Shown piece by piece: positions 27,925-37,830 of a stretch of DNA of 64,000 nt. The number at the start of each line of letters is the position of its first letter. The first letter of the stretch is position 1. The position numbers and the translations under genes are program-made. The stretch is from contig OZ243916.1 in the NCBI GenBank assembly GCA_965213675.1, positions 1,920,001 through 1,984,000 on the forward strand, read 5' to 3'. A model generated the notes under the pieces. That model worked only from the letters and a program-made list of their open reading frames with translations, was not told the DNA's origin and did no database searches. Origin of the DNA: an uncultured Candidatus Binatia bacterium (lineage in GTDB: Bacteria; Desulfobacterota; Binatia; UBA9968; JAJDTQ01).

Positions 27925-29019
27925 TCACACCGTCCGGCTCGCCGCGATCTCCTGGCGCACGCGCGCGCCCATCTCCCGGCAGCCCACCACCGCGGCCTCG
28001 CCCTCGGCGATGTCGAGCGTGCGGCAACCGGTATCCAGCACCCGCTCCACCGCCTGCTCGATGCAGTCGGCGGCGGCGCCCTGATCGAAGGAATGGCGCA
28101 GCATCAGCGCCACGGTCAGGATGGTGGCCAGCGGGTTGGCCTTGTCCTGGCCGGCGATGTCCGGGGCGCTGCCGTGCACCGGCTCGTACATGCCCACCTT
28201 GCCGCCGAGGCTCGCCGACGGCAGCATGCCGATGGAACCGGTGAGCATGGCGGCCTCGTCGCTCAGGATGTCGCCGAACATGTTCGTGGTGACGATGACG
28301 TCGAACTGCCTGGGATCGCGGATGAGCTGCATGGCGCAGTTGTCCACGAGTACGTGCTCAAGCTCCACGTCGCCGTAGCCTTCCTCGTCGCGCACCCGGG
28401 TCACCACCTTGCGCCACAGTTCCGTGGACTCCAGCACGTTGGCCTTGTCCACCGAGGTCACCCGGCAACGGCGCCGGCGGGCCGCGTCGAAGGCCACCCG
28501 CGCGATGCGCTCGATCTCGGGCGTGGTGTAGACCAGGGTGTTGACGCCACGTTCGGTGCCGTCGGGCTCCTGGGTGACGCCCTTGGGCTGGCCGAAATAG
28601 ATGCCGCCGGTCAGTTCCCGCACCACCACGAGGTCCGTGCCTTCCACCACCTCGGGCTTGAGCGTCGAGGCCCGCGCCAGCGGCGCGAACAGCTTCACCG
28701 GCCGCAGGTTGGCGAACAGCCCCAGCTCCCGGCGCAACGCCAGGAGCGCCCGCTCCGGCCGGATGGCGTAGTCGAGGCCGTCCCACTTGGGTCCGCCCAT
28801 GGCGCCCAGCACCACGGCGTCGGCTGCCTGGGCCAAGGCCAGCACCTCGTCGGTGAGAGGCTTGCCGTGGGCGTCGATGGACGCGCCGCCCACCAGACCC
28901 TCCTCCACCTCCACGGTGAAACCGAACAGGTCGCCGGCCTGGCGCAGCACGGCCATGGCCTCGGCGACCACTTCCGGACCGATGCCGTCGCCCGGAAGCA
29001 CCGTTACCTTGTGACTCAT
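27925..29019 (-). CDS. leuB: 3-isopropylmalate dehydrogenase
   Basis: [39 protein letters not shown]; ATGA overlap with leuA. Confidence 0.97.
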   Translation of the reverse strand: MSHKVTVLPGDGIGPEVVAEAMAVLRQAGDLFGFTVEVEEGLVGGASIDAHGKPLTDEVLALAQAADAVVLGAMGGPKWDGLDYAIRPERALLALRRELGLFANLRPVKLFAPLARASTLKPEVVEGTDLVVVRELTGGIYFGQPKGVTQEPDGTERGVNTLVYTTPEIERIARVAFDAARRRRCRVTSVDKANVLESTELWRKVVTRVRDEEGYGDVELEHVLVDNCAMQLIRDPRQFDVIVTTNMFGDILSDEAAMLTGSIGMLPSASLGGKVGMYEPVHGSAPDIAGQDKANPLATILTVALMLRHSFDQGAAADCIEQAVERVLDTGCRTLDIAEGEAAVVGCREMGARVRQEIAASRTV

Positions 29020-30572
29020 GGACCCCCCTTGACCTTGGCCTGGCGATGCCGCTTGCGGTATTCGAGCCGGTTCAGCGCATTCACGTACGCCAGCGCGCTC
29101 GCCATGATGATATCCGTGTGGGAACCTTTGCCGGAGATGTGGATGTCCTTCTCCTGGAGCATGCACGACACCTCGCCCTGGGCGTCCGTGCCGCCGGTGA
29201 CGCTGGCCACCGCGTAGCGCTGCAGCTGGGCGCGGCTCCCGGAGAGCTTGGCGATGGCTTTATAGCACGCATCCACCACCCCGTCACCCGTGTCGTGGGC
29301 CATCTTCTCCTCGCCGTCCACGCGCATGCGCACGGTGGCCGACGGCACCGCGGAAGAGCTGGACGCGATGTTCAGGTACATGAGCTCGTAGCGGTCCGGC
29401 TGGCTGGGAATGCGCAGCACCTCGTCCGCCACCAGCGCCTCGATATCCTCGTCGAAGACCTGCTTCTTCTTGTCCGCCAACGCCTTGAAGCGCTCGAAGG
29501 CACGGTTCACATCGTCCTTGTCGAGGGAGAACCCGAGCTGCTGCAGCCTTTCGCCGAAGGCGTGGCGCCCGGAATGCTTGCCCATCACCAGCCGGTTGCC
29601 GGTAATGCCCACGGTCTCGGGCTTCATGATCTCGTAGGTGAGCTTCTGCTTGAGCACGCCGTCCTGATGGATGCCGGCCTCGTGGGCAAAGGCGTTGTCC
29701 CCCACGATGGGCTTGTTGAGCGGCACCGTGATGCCGGTGACCTGGGAGAGCAGGCGCGAGGTCGGGTAGATCTGCTCCGTTTGGATGCGCGTGTCCAGGC
29801 CGAACACCGGCTGACGCGTCTTGAGCGCCATCACCACCTCTTCCAGCGATGTGTTGCCGGCGCGCTCGCCGATGCCGTTCACCGTGCATTCCACCTGCCG
29901 CGCGCCGTTGGCCACCGCGGCCAGGGAATTGGCCACGGCCAGGCCCAGGTCGTTGTGGCAGTGGGCGCTCCAGGTGACCGTTTCCGCGCCTTCGGTGTGC
30001 TCGATGAGGTAGCGCACCAGCTCGCCGAATTCCGACGGGATCGCGTAACCTGTGGTGTCGGGGATGTTGAGGGTCTTCGCTCCCGCGCGAATGGCCTCGC
30101 CGAAGACCTCCACCAGGAACTCCCGGTCGCTGCGCGAGGCATCCTCGGCCGAGAACTCGACGTAATCGAGGTAGCGGCGGGCGTGGGCCACCGCCGTGCC
30201 CACGGACTCCATCACCTCGTCGCGGGACATGCGCAGCTTGTGCTTCATGTGGATGTCCGAGGTGGCGATGAAGGTATGGAGGCCGGGCCTGTGCGCCCCG
30301 TCCACCGCCTTGGCCGCCTTGCGAATGTCGCCGAGCTGCGCCCGCGCCAGACTCAGCACGATGGGCCGCTCCACCGCCTTGCACACCTGTACCACCGACT
30401 CGAAGTCCCCGGGCGACGACGCCGCGAATCCCGCCTCGATGACGTCGACTCCCAGCTTGTCGAGTTGACGCGCGATGAGGACCTTCTCCTCGATGTTCAT
30501 GCTCGCCCCGGGAGACTGCTCGCCGTCCCTCAACGTGGTATCGAAAATGTTTACAATGTTGCTGGCGCCCAT
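29016..30572 (-). CDS. leuA: 2-isopropylmalate synthase
   Basis: [36 protein letters not shown]; GAGGAGG RBS. Confidence 0.97.
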   Translation of the reverse strand: MGASNIVNIFDTTLRDGEQSPGASMNIEEKVLIARQLDKLGVDVIEAGFAASSPGDFESVVQVCKAVERPIVLSLARAQLGDIRKAAKAVDGAHRPGLHTFIATSDIHMKHKLRMSRDEVMESVGTAVAHARRYLDYVEFSAEDASRSDREFLVEVFGEAIRAGAKTLNIPDTTGYAIPSEFGELVRYLIEHTEGAETVTWSAHCHNDLGLAVANSLAAVANGARQVECTVNGIGERAGNTSLEEVVMALKTRQPVFGLDTRIQTEQIYPTSRLLSQVTGITVPLNKPIVGDNAFAHEAGIHQDGVLKQKLTYEIMKPETVGITGNRLVMGKHSGRHAFGERLQQLGFSLDKDDVNRAFERFKALADKKKQVFDEDIEALVADEVLRIPSQPDRYELMYLNIASSSSAVPSATVRMRVDGEEKMAHDTGDGVVDACYKAIAKLSGSRAQLQRYAVASVTGGTDAQGEVSCMLQEKDIHISGKGSHTDIIMASALAYVNALNRLEYRKRHRQAKVKGGP

Positions 30573-30588
30573 GGTCTTCCTCCTCAAC

Positions 30589-30618
30589 AAAAAAAACTCC
30601 CGCGAAGGGCGGGAGTTT
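30589..30618 (-). terminator. Intrinsic terminator (probable attenuator) immediately upstream of leuA
   Basis: Minus strand AAACTCCCGC-CCTTC-GCGGGAG followed by T8, ending 16 nt before the leuA ATG. Confidence 0.85.
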
Positions 30619-30647
30619 CGGTGGTGCAAGCTGGGATTTGCTCAGGC

Positions 30648-31496
30648 TCAGGCTTGTACGGGTGCCTGCGCCTCCCTCCGTCGCGTCCGCACGGCGAGTA
30701 ACCATAGTAACGGGCCCGATAAGGTGTACAGCAACAACGCTGAGAAGAGCATGATCTGCCACATCGCAATGGTGAGTATAACGATTGCCATGGCGGAAAG
30801 CAATAACCAAATGGTGCTGCGCTTCTTGAAGTGGTGCTGCTTCAGACTCAGGTAGCGGAAGTTGCTGACCATCAGGGCCGCGAGCAAGCAAGTGACCCCG
30901 GTGAAGACCACGGGCCGGCTGGCCAGGCCGTCGAGCCCCAGCATCAGGAAGATGAACAGGGTGGCGGCGATCATGGCGGCCGCCGCCGGAATCGGCAGGC
31001 CCGTGAAGTAGCTCTTCTCCGCGGTCAGGGTCTGCACGTTGAAGCGCGCCAGCCGCAACGCCCCGCACACGGCGAAAAGTGCCGGTCCCAAGCCGCCCCA
31101 GGGACCCCAGGGCTCCAGGGCGAACACATACACCAGCACGGCGGGAGCCACGCCGAAGGAAACCACGTCCGCCAGCGAATCGAACTCGACGCCGAACTGG
31201 CTGGTGGTGTGGGTGAGGCGCGCCACCGCGCCATCGATCCCGTCCAGCAAATGCGCCGCCAGGATCCACAAGGCCGCCTGAGGGTACTCCCCCCGGATAG
31301 CGAAAAAGATGGCAAACACGCCGCAGACGAGGTTGCCCGCGGTGATCAGGCTTGGCAACAGGAACATCCCCTGCCGCAGCCGGGTGGACGGCCCGCGGCG
31401 TTTCAGACGGCGGCGGCGCACTTTTCCGCGTGGGATCAGCCGAACCCTCCGCGGCGGCGTTTCGGCATTCTCGGCGGTGTATTCGGAACTCTTCAT
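30648..31496 (-). CDS. pssA: CDP-diacylglycerol--serine O-phosphatidyltransferase
   Basis: LPSLITAGN, DGIDGAVAR...FGVEFDSLADVVSFGVAP, RLARFN, FTGLPIP. Confidence 0.93.
   Translation of the reverse strand: MKSSEYTAENAETPPRRVRLIPRGKVRRRRLKRRGPSTRLRQGMFLLPSLITAGNLVCGVFAIFFAIRGEYPQAALWILAAHLLDGIDGAVARLTHTTSQFGVEFDSLADVVSFGVAPAVLVYVFALEPWGPWGGLGPALFAVCGALRLARFNVQTLTAEKSYFTGLPIPAAAAMIAATLFIFLMLGLDGLASRPVVFTGVTCLLAALMVSNFRYLSLKQHHFKKRSTIWLLLSAMAIVILTIAMWQIMLFSALLLYTLSGPLLWLLAVRTRRREAQAPVQA
30775..30803 (-). promoter_or_regulatory. Putative sigma70 promoter for leuA nested inside pssA
   Basis: TTGCTT-17 nt-TATACT on the minus strand, spelled by pssA codons TTG CTT ... GTT ATA CTC. Confidence 0.6.
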
Positions 31497-31500
31497 ACGG

Positions 31501-32136
31501 TCAGAGCCGCGCCACGATGGTCTCGCCCCCGCGAACGCGCTCGCCCGGCCGCACCGCCACCGCGGCGTCCGCGGGCAGGTGCAGATCCACGCGTGAGCCG
31601 AACATGATCATGCCAAAACGCTCGCCCCGCTTCAACGTATCGCCGCGCCCCACGTCGCAAACGATGCGGCGCGCGAGAAAGCCGGCGATCTGCACCACAC
31701 GGACGGTCCTGCCCGAGGCGTCCGTGAGCGCCACCGCGTTGCGCTCGTTCTCCTCCGATGCCTTGCCTTTGTAGGCGGCCAGGAAACGGCCTGCCTGGTG
31801 GCGGACGTCCGCTACCCGCGCGTCCAGGGGCGCGCGATTGATGTGCACGTCCAGAGGTGAAAGGAAGATGCTGACCCTGGGGCCGCCGGGATGCGTGCCG
31901 TCGTCCTCGACTTCCACCACCTTGCCATCGGCGGGAGATACCACGAGGCCATCGCCGGCGGGGGTCACCCGCGCGGGGTCGCGAAAGAACCCCGCCAGCG
32001 CTGCCGCCAGCGCCAGCAACGCCAGGGCCGCCGCCATCCAGCCTATGGCGAAGGCCGCCGCCGCCAGACCCAGAGCCGGAAAAACGAACCGGTAGCCTTC
32101 TCGTGCGATTCCGATGGGACGGTCCCCGCGCGGCAC
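31501..32136 (-). CDS. psd: Phosphatidylserine decarboxylase proenzyme (start uncertain)
   Basis: FFRDP, SPADGKV, IFLSPLDVHINRAP, QIAG, FGSRVD cleavage motif. Confidence 0.92.
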   Translation of the reverse strand: MPRGDRPIGIAREGYRFVFPALGLAAAAFAIGWMAAALALLALAAALAGFFRDPARVTPAGDGLVVSPADGKVVEVEDDGTHPGGPRVSIFLSPLDVHINRAPLDARVADVRHQAGRFLAAYKGKASEENERNAVALTDASGRTVRVVQIAGFLARRIVCDVGRGDTLKRGERFGMIMFGSRVDLHLPADAAVAVRPGERVRGGETIVARL

Positions 32137-32150
32137 TCGGGAACGCCGGA

Positions 32151-33167
32151 TCAGTTCCGGCTCTTGTCCACCAGCCGGTTCTCCGCCAGCCAGGGCATCA
32201 TGGAACGGAGCTGTTCGCCCACCTTCTCGATGGGATGGGTCCGGGTGGCCTGGCGCAGTTCGTTGAAGTTGGGCGACCCGGCGCGGTGCTCGTTCATCCA
32301 CTCGTCGGCAAACTTGCCGGACTGGATGTCCGCCAGGATCTCCTTCATGACCTTGCGCGTGTCGTCGTTGACGATGCGCCTCCCGCGCGTGAGATCGCCG
32401 TATTCGGCGGTGTTGCTGACCGAGTAACGCATATTGGCCAGCCCGCCTTCGTAGATCAGGTCGACGATGAGCTTGACCTCGTGGCAGCACTCGAAATAGG
32501 CCATCTCGGGCGGATAGCCCGCCTCCACCAGGGTCTCGTAGCCTGCCTGTATGAGCGACGTGAGGCCACCGCACAGGACCGTCTGTTCGCCGAAGAGATC
32601 GGTCTCCGTCTCGTCCTTGAAGGTGGTCTCGATGACCGCGGCGCGGGCGCCGCCGATGGCCGCGGCGTAGGCCAGGCCCACGTCGCGGGTGTCGCCGGAC
32701 GGGTCCTGTTGAAGCGCCAGCAGACACGGCACCCCGCGGCCGCGCTCGAACTCGCTGCGCACCAGGTGGCCGGGACCCTTGGGCGCCACCATGAAGACGT
32801 TCACGTCCGCGGGCGGCACCACGCGCTTGAAGTGGATGTTGAAACCGTGTCCGAATGCCAGGTAGTTTCCGGGCTTGAGATTGGGCTGAATGACTTCCTG
32901 ATAGACGCCCCCCTGGAGCTCGTCCGGCAACAGGATCATCACCACGTCCCCGGCCGCCGTCGCTTCCGCCGTCTCCATCACCGCAAGCCCCGCGTCCGCC
33001 GCCTTGGCCCAGGAAGCGCTGTCGCGCCGCAGTCCCACCACCACGTCCACCCCGGAGTCGCGCAGGTTCGTGGCGTGGGCGTGTCCCTGGCTGCCGTAAC
33101 CCAGCACGGTGACCTTGCGGTCGCGGATCCGGCTCAGATCCGCGTCCTGATCATAATACACTTGCAT
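32151..33167 (-). CDS. ilvC: Ketol-acid reductoisomerase
   Basis: [31 protein letters not shown]. Confidence 0.97.
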   Translation of the reverse strand: MQVYYDQDADLSRIRDRKVTVLGYGSQGHAHATNLRDSGVDVVVGLRRDSASWAKAADAGLAVMETAEATAAGDVVMILLPDELQGGVYQEVIQPNLKPGNYLAFGHGFNIHFKRVVPPADVNVFMVAPKGPGHLVRSEFERGRGVPCLLALQQDPSGDTRDVGLAYAAAIGGARAAVIETTFKDETETDLFGEQTVLCGGLTSLIQAGYETLVEAGYPPEMAYFECCHEVKLIVDLIYEGGLANMRYSVSNTAEYGDLTRGRRIVNDDTRKVMKEILADIQSGKFADEWMNEHRAGSPNFNELRQATRTHPIEKVGEQLRSMMPWLAENRLVDKSRN

Positions 33168-33225
33168 GACAAACCTCCCTGGTTCGGGCGGGTCGGGGCA
33201 AGGCGCCCTCGCTGCCCCGCTACGC

Positions 33226-33254
33226 CTGGATTCCCGCCATGGCGGGAATGACGG
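33226..33254. repeat. GTCATTCCCGC-type REP-like palindrome
   Basis: CTGGATTCCCGCCATGGCGGGAATGACGG. Confidence 0.65.
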
Positions 33255-33314
33255 TCACAGGCGCCGACACTGTTTTCGTCTCGATGATACGGAGGACCGC
33301 ACGATCCCGACCCG

Positions 33315-33797
33315 TTACAGGGCGTCGCGCGCGATGGCGATCCGTCCCGTGCGGACGATCTCCTTGATGCCCATGGGCTTCAGGCGATTGATGAGCGCCT
33401 CGATCTTGGCGGCGTCTCCCGACACCTCGAGGGTGTAGGTCTGCGGGGTCGAATCGACGATGTTGGCGCGGAAGATCTCCGCGATCCGGATGGCCTCGTC
33501 CCGCTGGGCTCCCTGCTTGGTGAGGATCTTGATGAGCGCGGTTTCCCGCTCGATGTGATCCTCTTCGGTCAGGTCGACGACCTTGAGAACCTCGATGACC
33601 TTGTTGAGCTGCTTCATGATCTGTTCGATGATGAACTCGTCCCCCGAGGTCACCACCGTGATCATGGATACCGTGGCGTCCGGCGTGGGCGCCACGGAGA
33701 GGCTTTCGATGTTGTAGCCGCGAGCGCTGAACAGTCCCGCCACGCGCGCGAGCACACCCGGATTGTTTTCAACCAGAACCGAAATGACATGTTCCAT
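33315..33797 (-). CDS. ilvN: Acetolactate synthase small subunit
   Basis: VLVENNPGVLARVAGLFSARGYNIESL, EIVRTG. Confidence 0.96.
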   Translation of the reverse strand: MEHVISVLVENNPGVLARVAGLFSARGYNIESLSVAPTPDATVSMITVVTSGDEFIIEQIMKQLNKVIEVLKVVDLTEEDHIERETALIKILTKQGAQRDEAIRIAEIFRANIVDSTPQTYTLEVSGDAAKIEALINRLKPMGIKEIVRTGRIAIARDAL

Positions 33798-33808
33798 GCA
33801 CGCAACCC

Positions 33809-35584
33809 TTACGCCGGCAGAACGGCGTCGGCATCCTCTTTCTTCTTCCGCGAAGGCTTGCGCGCGGTCTTCAGTTGCGGCGGGTCCTCCAGCATCATCT
33901 CATGCTGCGCGCCGCCGGCGGGAATCATCGGATAACAGTTCTCGAACCGGTCGATGACGAAGTCCATCATCACCGGGCCCTTGTGCTTCAAGCCCTCCTT
34001 CAGCACCGCCTCGACGTCCGCGGGACCCTCGGAGCGGAGCCCCAGGATGCCATAGGCGTCGGCGAGCTTGACGAAGTCGGGGACCGTGCCCAGTTGGCTG
34101 GAGGCGTAACGACCCTCGTAGAAGAGATCCTGCCATTGCCGCACCATCCCGTGGAATCCGTTGTTGAGCAGGATGATCTTCACCGGCAGTTCGTGGATGG
34201 CGGCCACGGCCAGCTCCTGAAGATTCATCTGGAAGCTGCCTTCGCTGGTGATGCACAGCACGGCCTTGTTGGGATAGGCCTTCTGCGCGCCCAGGGCGGC
34301 GGGGAAACCGAAGCCCATGGTGCCGAGCCCGCCCGATGTGAGGAACGTACGCTGGAGGCCGCTCTTGAAGTACTGCGCCGCCCACATCTGGTGCTGACCC
34401 ACGTCGGTGACCACAATGGCCTTGTGCTTCGTAAGCTCGTACGCCTTGTCGATGACATACTGCGGCTTGGTCTCCTTCTTGCCCTCCTGCTGGTACGCCA
34501 GCGGATGCTGCGCCGCCCAGGCGTTCACCTGCTTGAGCCAAGGTGCGCGCTGCGTCTTCACGCTCGCGGGATTGCCGTCCATGGAACTCAGCACCTGGAC
34601 CAGCTCCTTCAGCACCGCCTTGACGTCACCCACGATGGGGATGTGCGCGTGGACGTTCTTCTTGATGGACGTGGGATCGATATCGATGTGGATGACCCGC
34701 GCGCGTGGCGAGAATTCGGACAACTTGCCGGTCACGCGGTCGTCGAAGCGGGCGCCCACGGCGATGAGGAGGTCGGCTTCGTGCATGGCCATGTTGGCGC
34801 AATAGGTGCCGTGCATGCCCAGCATGCCCATGCACAGCGGATGCGTGCCGGGGAAGGAACCGAGCCCCATCACCGTCATGGTCACAGGAACCTGGGTCAG
34901 GTCCGCGAGCTCGCGCACCTCGTTGGACGCACCCGAGAACACCGCGCCGCCGCCCACGTAGATCACCGGCCGCTTGGCCTTGAGAATCTCGCCGGCCGCC
35001 TGCTTGATCTGGAAGCGGTTGCCGGAGACCGTCGGCCGGTAGCCCCGGAGCGAGACCTTGTCCGGGTAATGGAAGTCGGCGGATTCCGTGGTGACGTCCT
35101 TGGGGATATCCACCAGAACCGGGCCGGGGCGGCCGGTGTTGGCGATATAGAAGGCCTCCTTGATGACGGTGGCGAGATCCTTGACGTCCTTCACCAGCAC
35201 GTTGTGCTTGGTGCAGGGACGGCTGATGCCGATGTTGTCCGCCTCCTGGAAGGCATCGTTGCCGATGAGGCTGGTGGGAACCTGCCCGGTGAACGCCACC
35301 AGCGGCACCGAATCCATCATGGCATCCGCCAGGCCGGTGACGATGTTGGTCATGCCCGGTCCCGAGGTTACCAGCGCCACGCCCGCCTTGCCCGTGGCCT
35401 TGGCGTAGCCCTCGGCCATATGGATCGCGCCCTGCTCATGCCGGGTCAGGACAACCTCGACGTCGTTCTGCTGGTGCAGGACGTCAAACAACTTGAGGAC
35501 CACGCCGCCAGGGATGCCGAAAATGGTCTTCACTCCCTCGCGCTTGAGCGCTTCCACAAAGATTTCCGACCCGGTCAACTTCAT
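33809..35584 (-). CDS. ilvB: Acetolactate synthase large subunit
   Basis: RHEQGA, TSGPG, AFQEAD, RFDDRVTG, DVGQHQMW, SGGLGTMGFG. Confidence 0.96.
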   Translation of the reverse strand: MKLTGSEIFVEALKREGVKTIFGIPGGVVLKLFDVLHQQNDVEVVLTRHEQGAIHMAEGYAKATGKAGVALVTSGPGMTNIVTGLADAMMDSVPLVAFTGQVPTSLIGNDAFQEADNIGISRPCTKHNVLVKDVKDLATVIKEAFYIANTGRPGPVLVDIPKDVTTESADFHYPDKVSLRGYRPTVSGNRFQIKQAAGEILKAKRPVIYVGGGAVFSGASNEVRELADLTQVPVTMTVMGLGSFPGTHPLCMGMLGMHGTYCANMAMHEADLLIAVGARFDDRVTGKLSEFSPRARVIHIDIDPTSIKKNVHAHIPIVGDVKAVLKELVQVLSSMDGNPASVKTQRAPWLKQVNAWAAQHPLAYQQEGKKETKPQYVIDKAYELTKHKAIVVTDVGQHQMWAAQYFKSGLQRTFLTSGGLGTMGFGFPAALGAQKAYPNKAVLCITSEGSFQMNLQELAVAAIHELPVKIILLNNGFHGMVRQWQDLFYEGRYASSQLGTVPDFVKLADAYGILGLRSEGPADVEAVLKEGLKHKGPVMMDFVIDRFENCYPMIPAGGAQHEMMLEDPPQLKTARKPSRKKKEDADAVLPA

Positions 35585-35596
35585 CGTTTTCTCCCC

Positions 35597-35824
35597 TCAA
35601 TTCGCCGACTTGTACTTGCCAAGAATCTGCATGATCCTGTCCTTGCCGACGAGCTTCAGTTTCTGGATACGCTTCTTTTCCAACTCCTCTTCGGGCGACA
35701 GGTAACCCTTGTCATTGAGGTCGTCCAGCAGCCTTTCATACCCGAGGTGTTCTTCGTAATATTTTCGCAGTTCAGGGTCTTTGTCCAAGACAGAAGCAAT
35801 CATCTGCTCCTCTCTTTCCTCCAT
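35597..35824 (-). CDS. DUF465/YdcH-like small coiled-coil protein
   Basis: 75 aa; YLSPEEELEKKRIQKLKLVGKDRI; GGAGGT RBS. Confidence 0.75.
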   Translation of the reverse strand: MEEREEQMIASVLDKDPELRKYYEEHLGYERLLDDLNDKGYLSPEEELEKKRIQKLKLVGKDRIMQILGKYKSAN

Positions 35825-35863
35825 ATCGAGACCTCCTGATCGAGAGTTCCGGCCAAGTTATAA

Positions 35864-35892
35864 AAACTATCCAACGGTCGCATCTTTGTCAA
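35864..35892 (-). promoter_or_regulatory. Putative sigma70 promoter of the DUF465-ilvBNC operon
   Basis: TTGACA-17 nt-TAGTTT. Confidence 0.6.
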
Positions 35893-36007
35893 TGCGAACG
35901 GGTGCGCCAAGGGCCTGTGAGGACCACCGCTGGGAACCTGCGCCGCAGGCTCCCAGCGGCGGTTCATCGCGACCTGGTTGCTTGTCGCGCAGGAGCCGGC
36001 GCCGGAC

Positions 36008-36736
36008 TCATGTGCGGCGCGGGACATTCGCCACGGCGTCCGGTGGGCGGATGTAGTGAGGCGCCAGCGAGGCGGCGGGGGTCTCCGGCGTCGCGCGGTA
36101 CCGGGCCTCGGCGAGGCGGGCGACGGAGGCGGCGACGGAGTGAAACTCGCTGCCGTCGCTGACGCGGGCGCGCGCCGCGCCGCGCCGCGTGAGCGTTTCG
36201 GCGCAGGCTTGGGCGCCGCTTCCCAGGTACAGACACGGACCCGCGGCCGCGGCCTCCACGCGCCCGGCCATTTCCTCGGGCGCCACCAGGGTATCCTCGA
36301 TCAGGCGCTCGAAGGCCGAGGAGGTACGCCGGAAGAGTGCGGCGTAGACCTCCCCCTTGCGCGCATCCATCATGGGGCAGATGAGAGCCGACTCTTCCGC
36401 TGCCGGCACCCGGTGGGCCGAAGCCTCCAGTGTGCGCACTCCGACCACCGGGATGTCCGAGCCGTATACCAGCCCCTTGGCCGTGCTGATGCCGATGCGC
36501 AGCCCGGTAAAGGAGCCGGGACCCACGGCCACGCCCAGGAGCGAAAGCTCCGAAAACAACGTGCCGGCGCGTTGCAGCACGTCTTCGATGAGCGGCAGCA
36601 GACCTTCCGCGTGGTTCGACCGGCCCGCCCGCCGATCGCTCACGGATGCGCGCGCGCACTCGGCCAGCAACGCGCCGCCGTCCATCACGGCGGCGCTCAG
36701 GAGCGCCGTCGAGGTATCGAGTCCCAGCACTCTCAT
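36008..36736 (-). CDS. tsaB: tRNA threonylcarbamoyladenosine biosynthesis protein
   Basis: LGLDTST, GPGSFTGLRIG, DARKGEVY. Confidence 0.93.
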   Translation of the reverse strand: MRVLGLDTSTALLSAAVMDGGALLAECARASVSDRRAGRSNHAEGLLPLIEDVLQRAGTLFSELSLLGVAVGPGSFTGLRIGISTAKGLVYGSDIPVVGVRTLEASAHRVPAAEESALICPMMDARKGEVYAALFRRTSSAFERLIEDTLVAPEEMAGRVEAAAAGPCLYLGSGAQACAETLTRRGAARARVSDGSEFHSVAASVARLAEARYRATPETPAASLAPHYIRPPDAVANVPRRT

Positions 36737-36747
36737 GGCAGCCACAC

Positions 36748-37830
36748 TCAACCGAAAATCCGCGCCAGATCGTTGTAGAACGCGTAGATCATGACACCGA
36801 TCAGCAGCACCAGGCCGAATTGTTGCGCGCGTTCCCGTTGCTGCTGCCCCAGGGGTTTGCCGCGCACCGTTTCAATGAGGAAAAACAACAGGTGGCCGCC
36901 GTCCAGCATGGGAATGGGCAGCAGGTTGAGCACGCCGAGGTTGATGCTGAGGAGCGCCACCAGGAACAGGTAGTTGGCGAGTCCTCGCTGGGCTTGCTCG
37001 CCGGCCGCCTGCGCGATCATCAGGGGCCCGCCGATATTCGCGGAGTCCACCCGGCCCACGACCATCTTGGCCAGCACCTCCACCGTGAGCAGCGTCAACT
37101 CCACGGTGCGCGTCACGGCAAGCCATGCCGCGGTGAACGGGTTGAGCCGGTCCACCTCCACGCTGCCGGCGCCCTGGACGCCGATGAGCCACACGTCCTC
37201 CGTCTCGCCCAGGATGTTGGCCGTCTGTCCCCGGGTGGGACGCAGCGACACCACGAATTCCCGTCCGTCCCGCGCTACCCCCAACTCCAGTGCCCGGCCC
37301 TCGCTCTCCCGAACCGCACTGGACAATTCGTCCCAGGAACGGATGTCCTGGTCGCCGATCATGACGATACGGTCGCCGGCCTGGAGCCCGGCCCCGACCG
37401 CGGGCGAGTCCGGCTGAACCCTGCCGATCTCCGCCGTGCGGTAGGGGACGCCGAAGATGAGGAAGACCATCATGAAGACGACCACGGCCAGGACGAGGTT
37501 CGCCGCCGGGCCGGCCACCACAATGGCGCTGCGGGCCGCGAGGCTTTTCTCGGCAAACGACCGGTCCCGATCCGCGTCCAACACCTGTTCGCGCGGATCC
37601 TCGCCCATCATCTGCACGTACCCTCCCAGCGGGAAGGCGCTGATGCAGTACTCCGTTTCGCCGTATCGGCGCACCAGGATCTTGGGGCCGAAGCCGATGG
37701 AGAAAGTCAGCACGCCCACGCCGGCCTTCTTGGCCACGAGGAAGTGCCCCAGCTCGTGAAGGAACACAAGCACGCCGAAGGCCACCACGGCGGCGACGAT
37801 CATGTAAGCGACGTCGATCAATGCGCCCAC
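36748..37830 (-). CDS. rseP: RIP metalloprotease
   Basis: HELGH, FSIGFGP, PLGGYV, PDZ domain, NLLPIPMLDGG. Confidence 0.95.
   Translation of the reverse strand: MGALIDVAYMIVAAVVAFGVLVFLHELGHFLVAKKAGVGVLTFSIGFGPKILVRRYGETEYCISAFPLGGYVQMMGEDPREQVLDADRDRSFAEKSLAARSAIVVAGPAANLVLAVVVFMMVFLIFGVPYRTAEIGRVQPDSPAVGAGLQAGDRIVMIGDQDIRSWDELSSAVRESEGRALELGVARDGREFVVSLRPTRGQTANILGETEDVWLIGVQGAGSVEVDRLNPFTAAWLAVTRTVELTLLTVEVLAKMVVGRVDSANIGGPLMIAQAAGEQAQRGLANYLFLVALLSINLGVLNLLPIPMLDGGHLLFFLIETVRGKPLGQQQRERAQQFGLVLLIGVMIYAFYNDLARIFG

Noticed and set aside
35927-35959. Long hairpin upstream of the ilv operon as an ilv attenuator
   Set aside because: It lies upstream of the predicted promoter (35892-35864), has no U-tract and no Ile/Leu/Val leader ORF.
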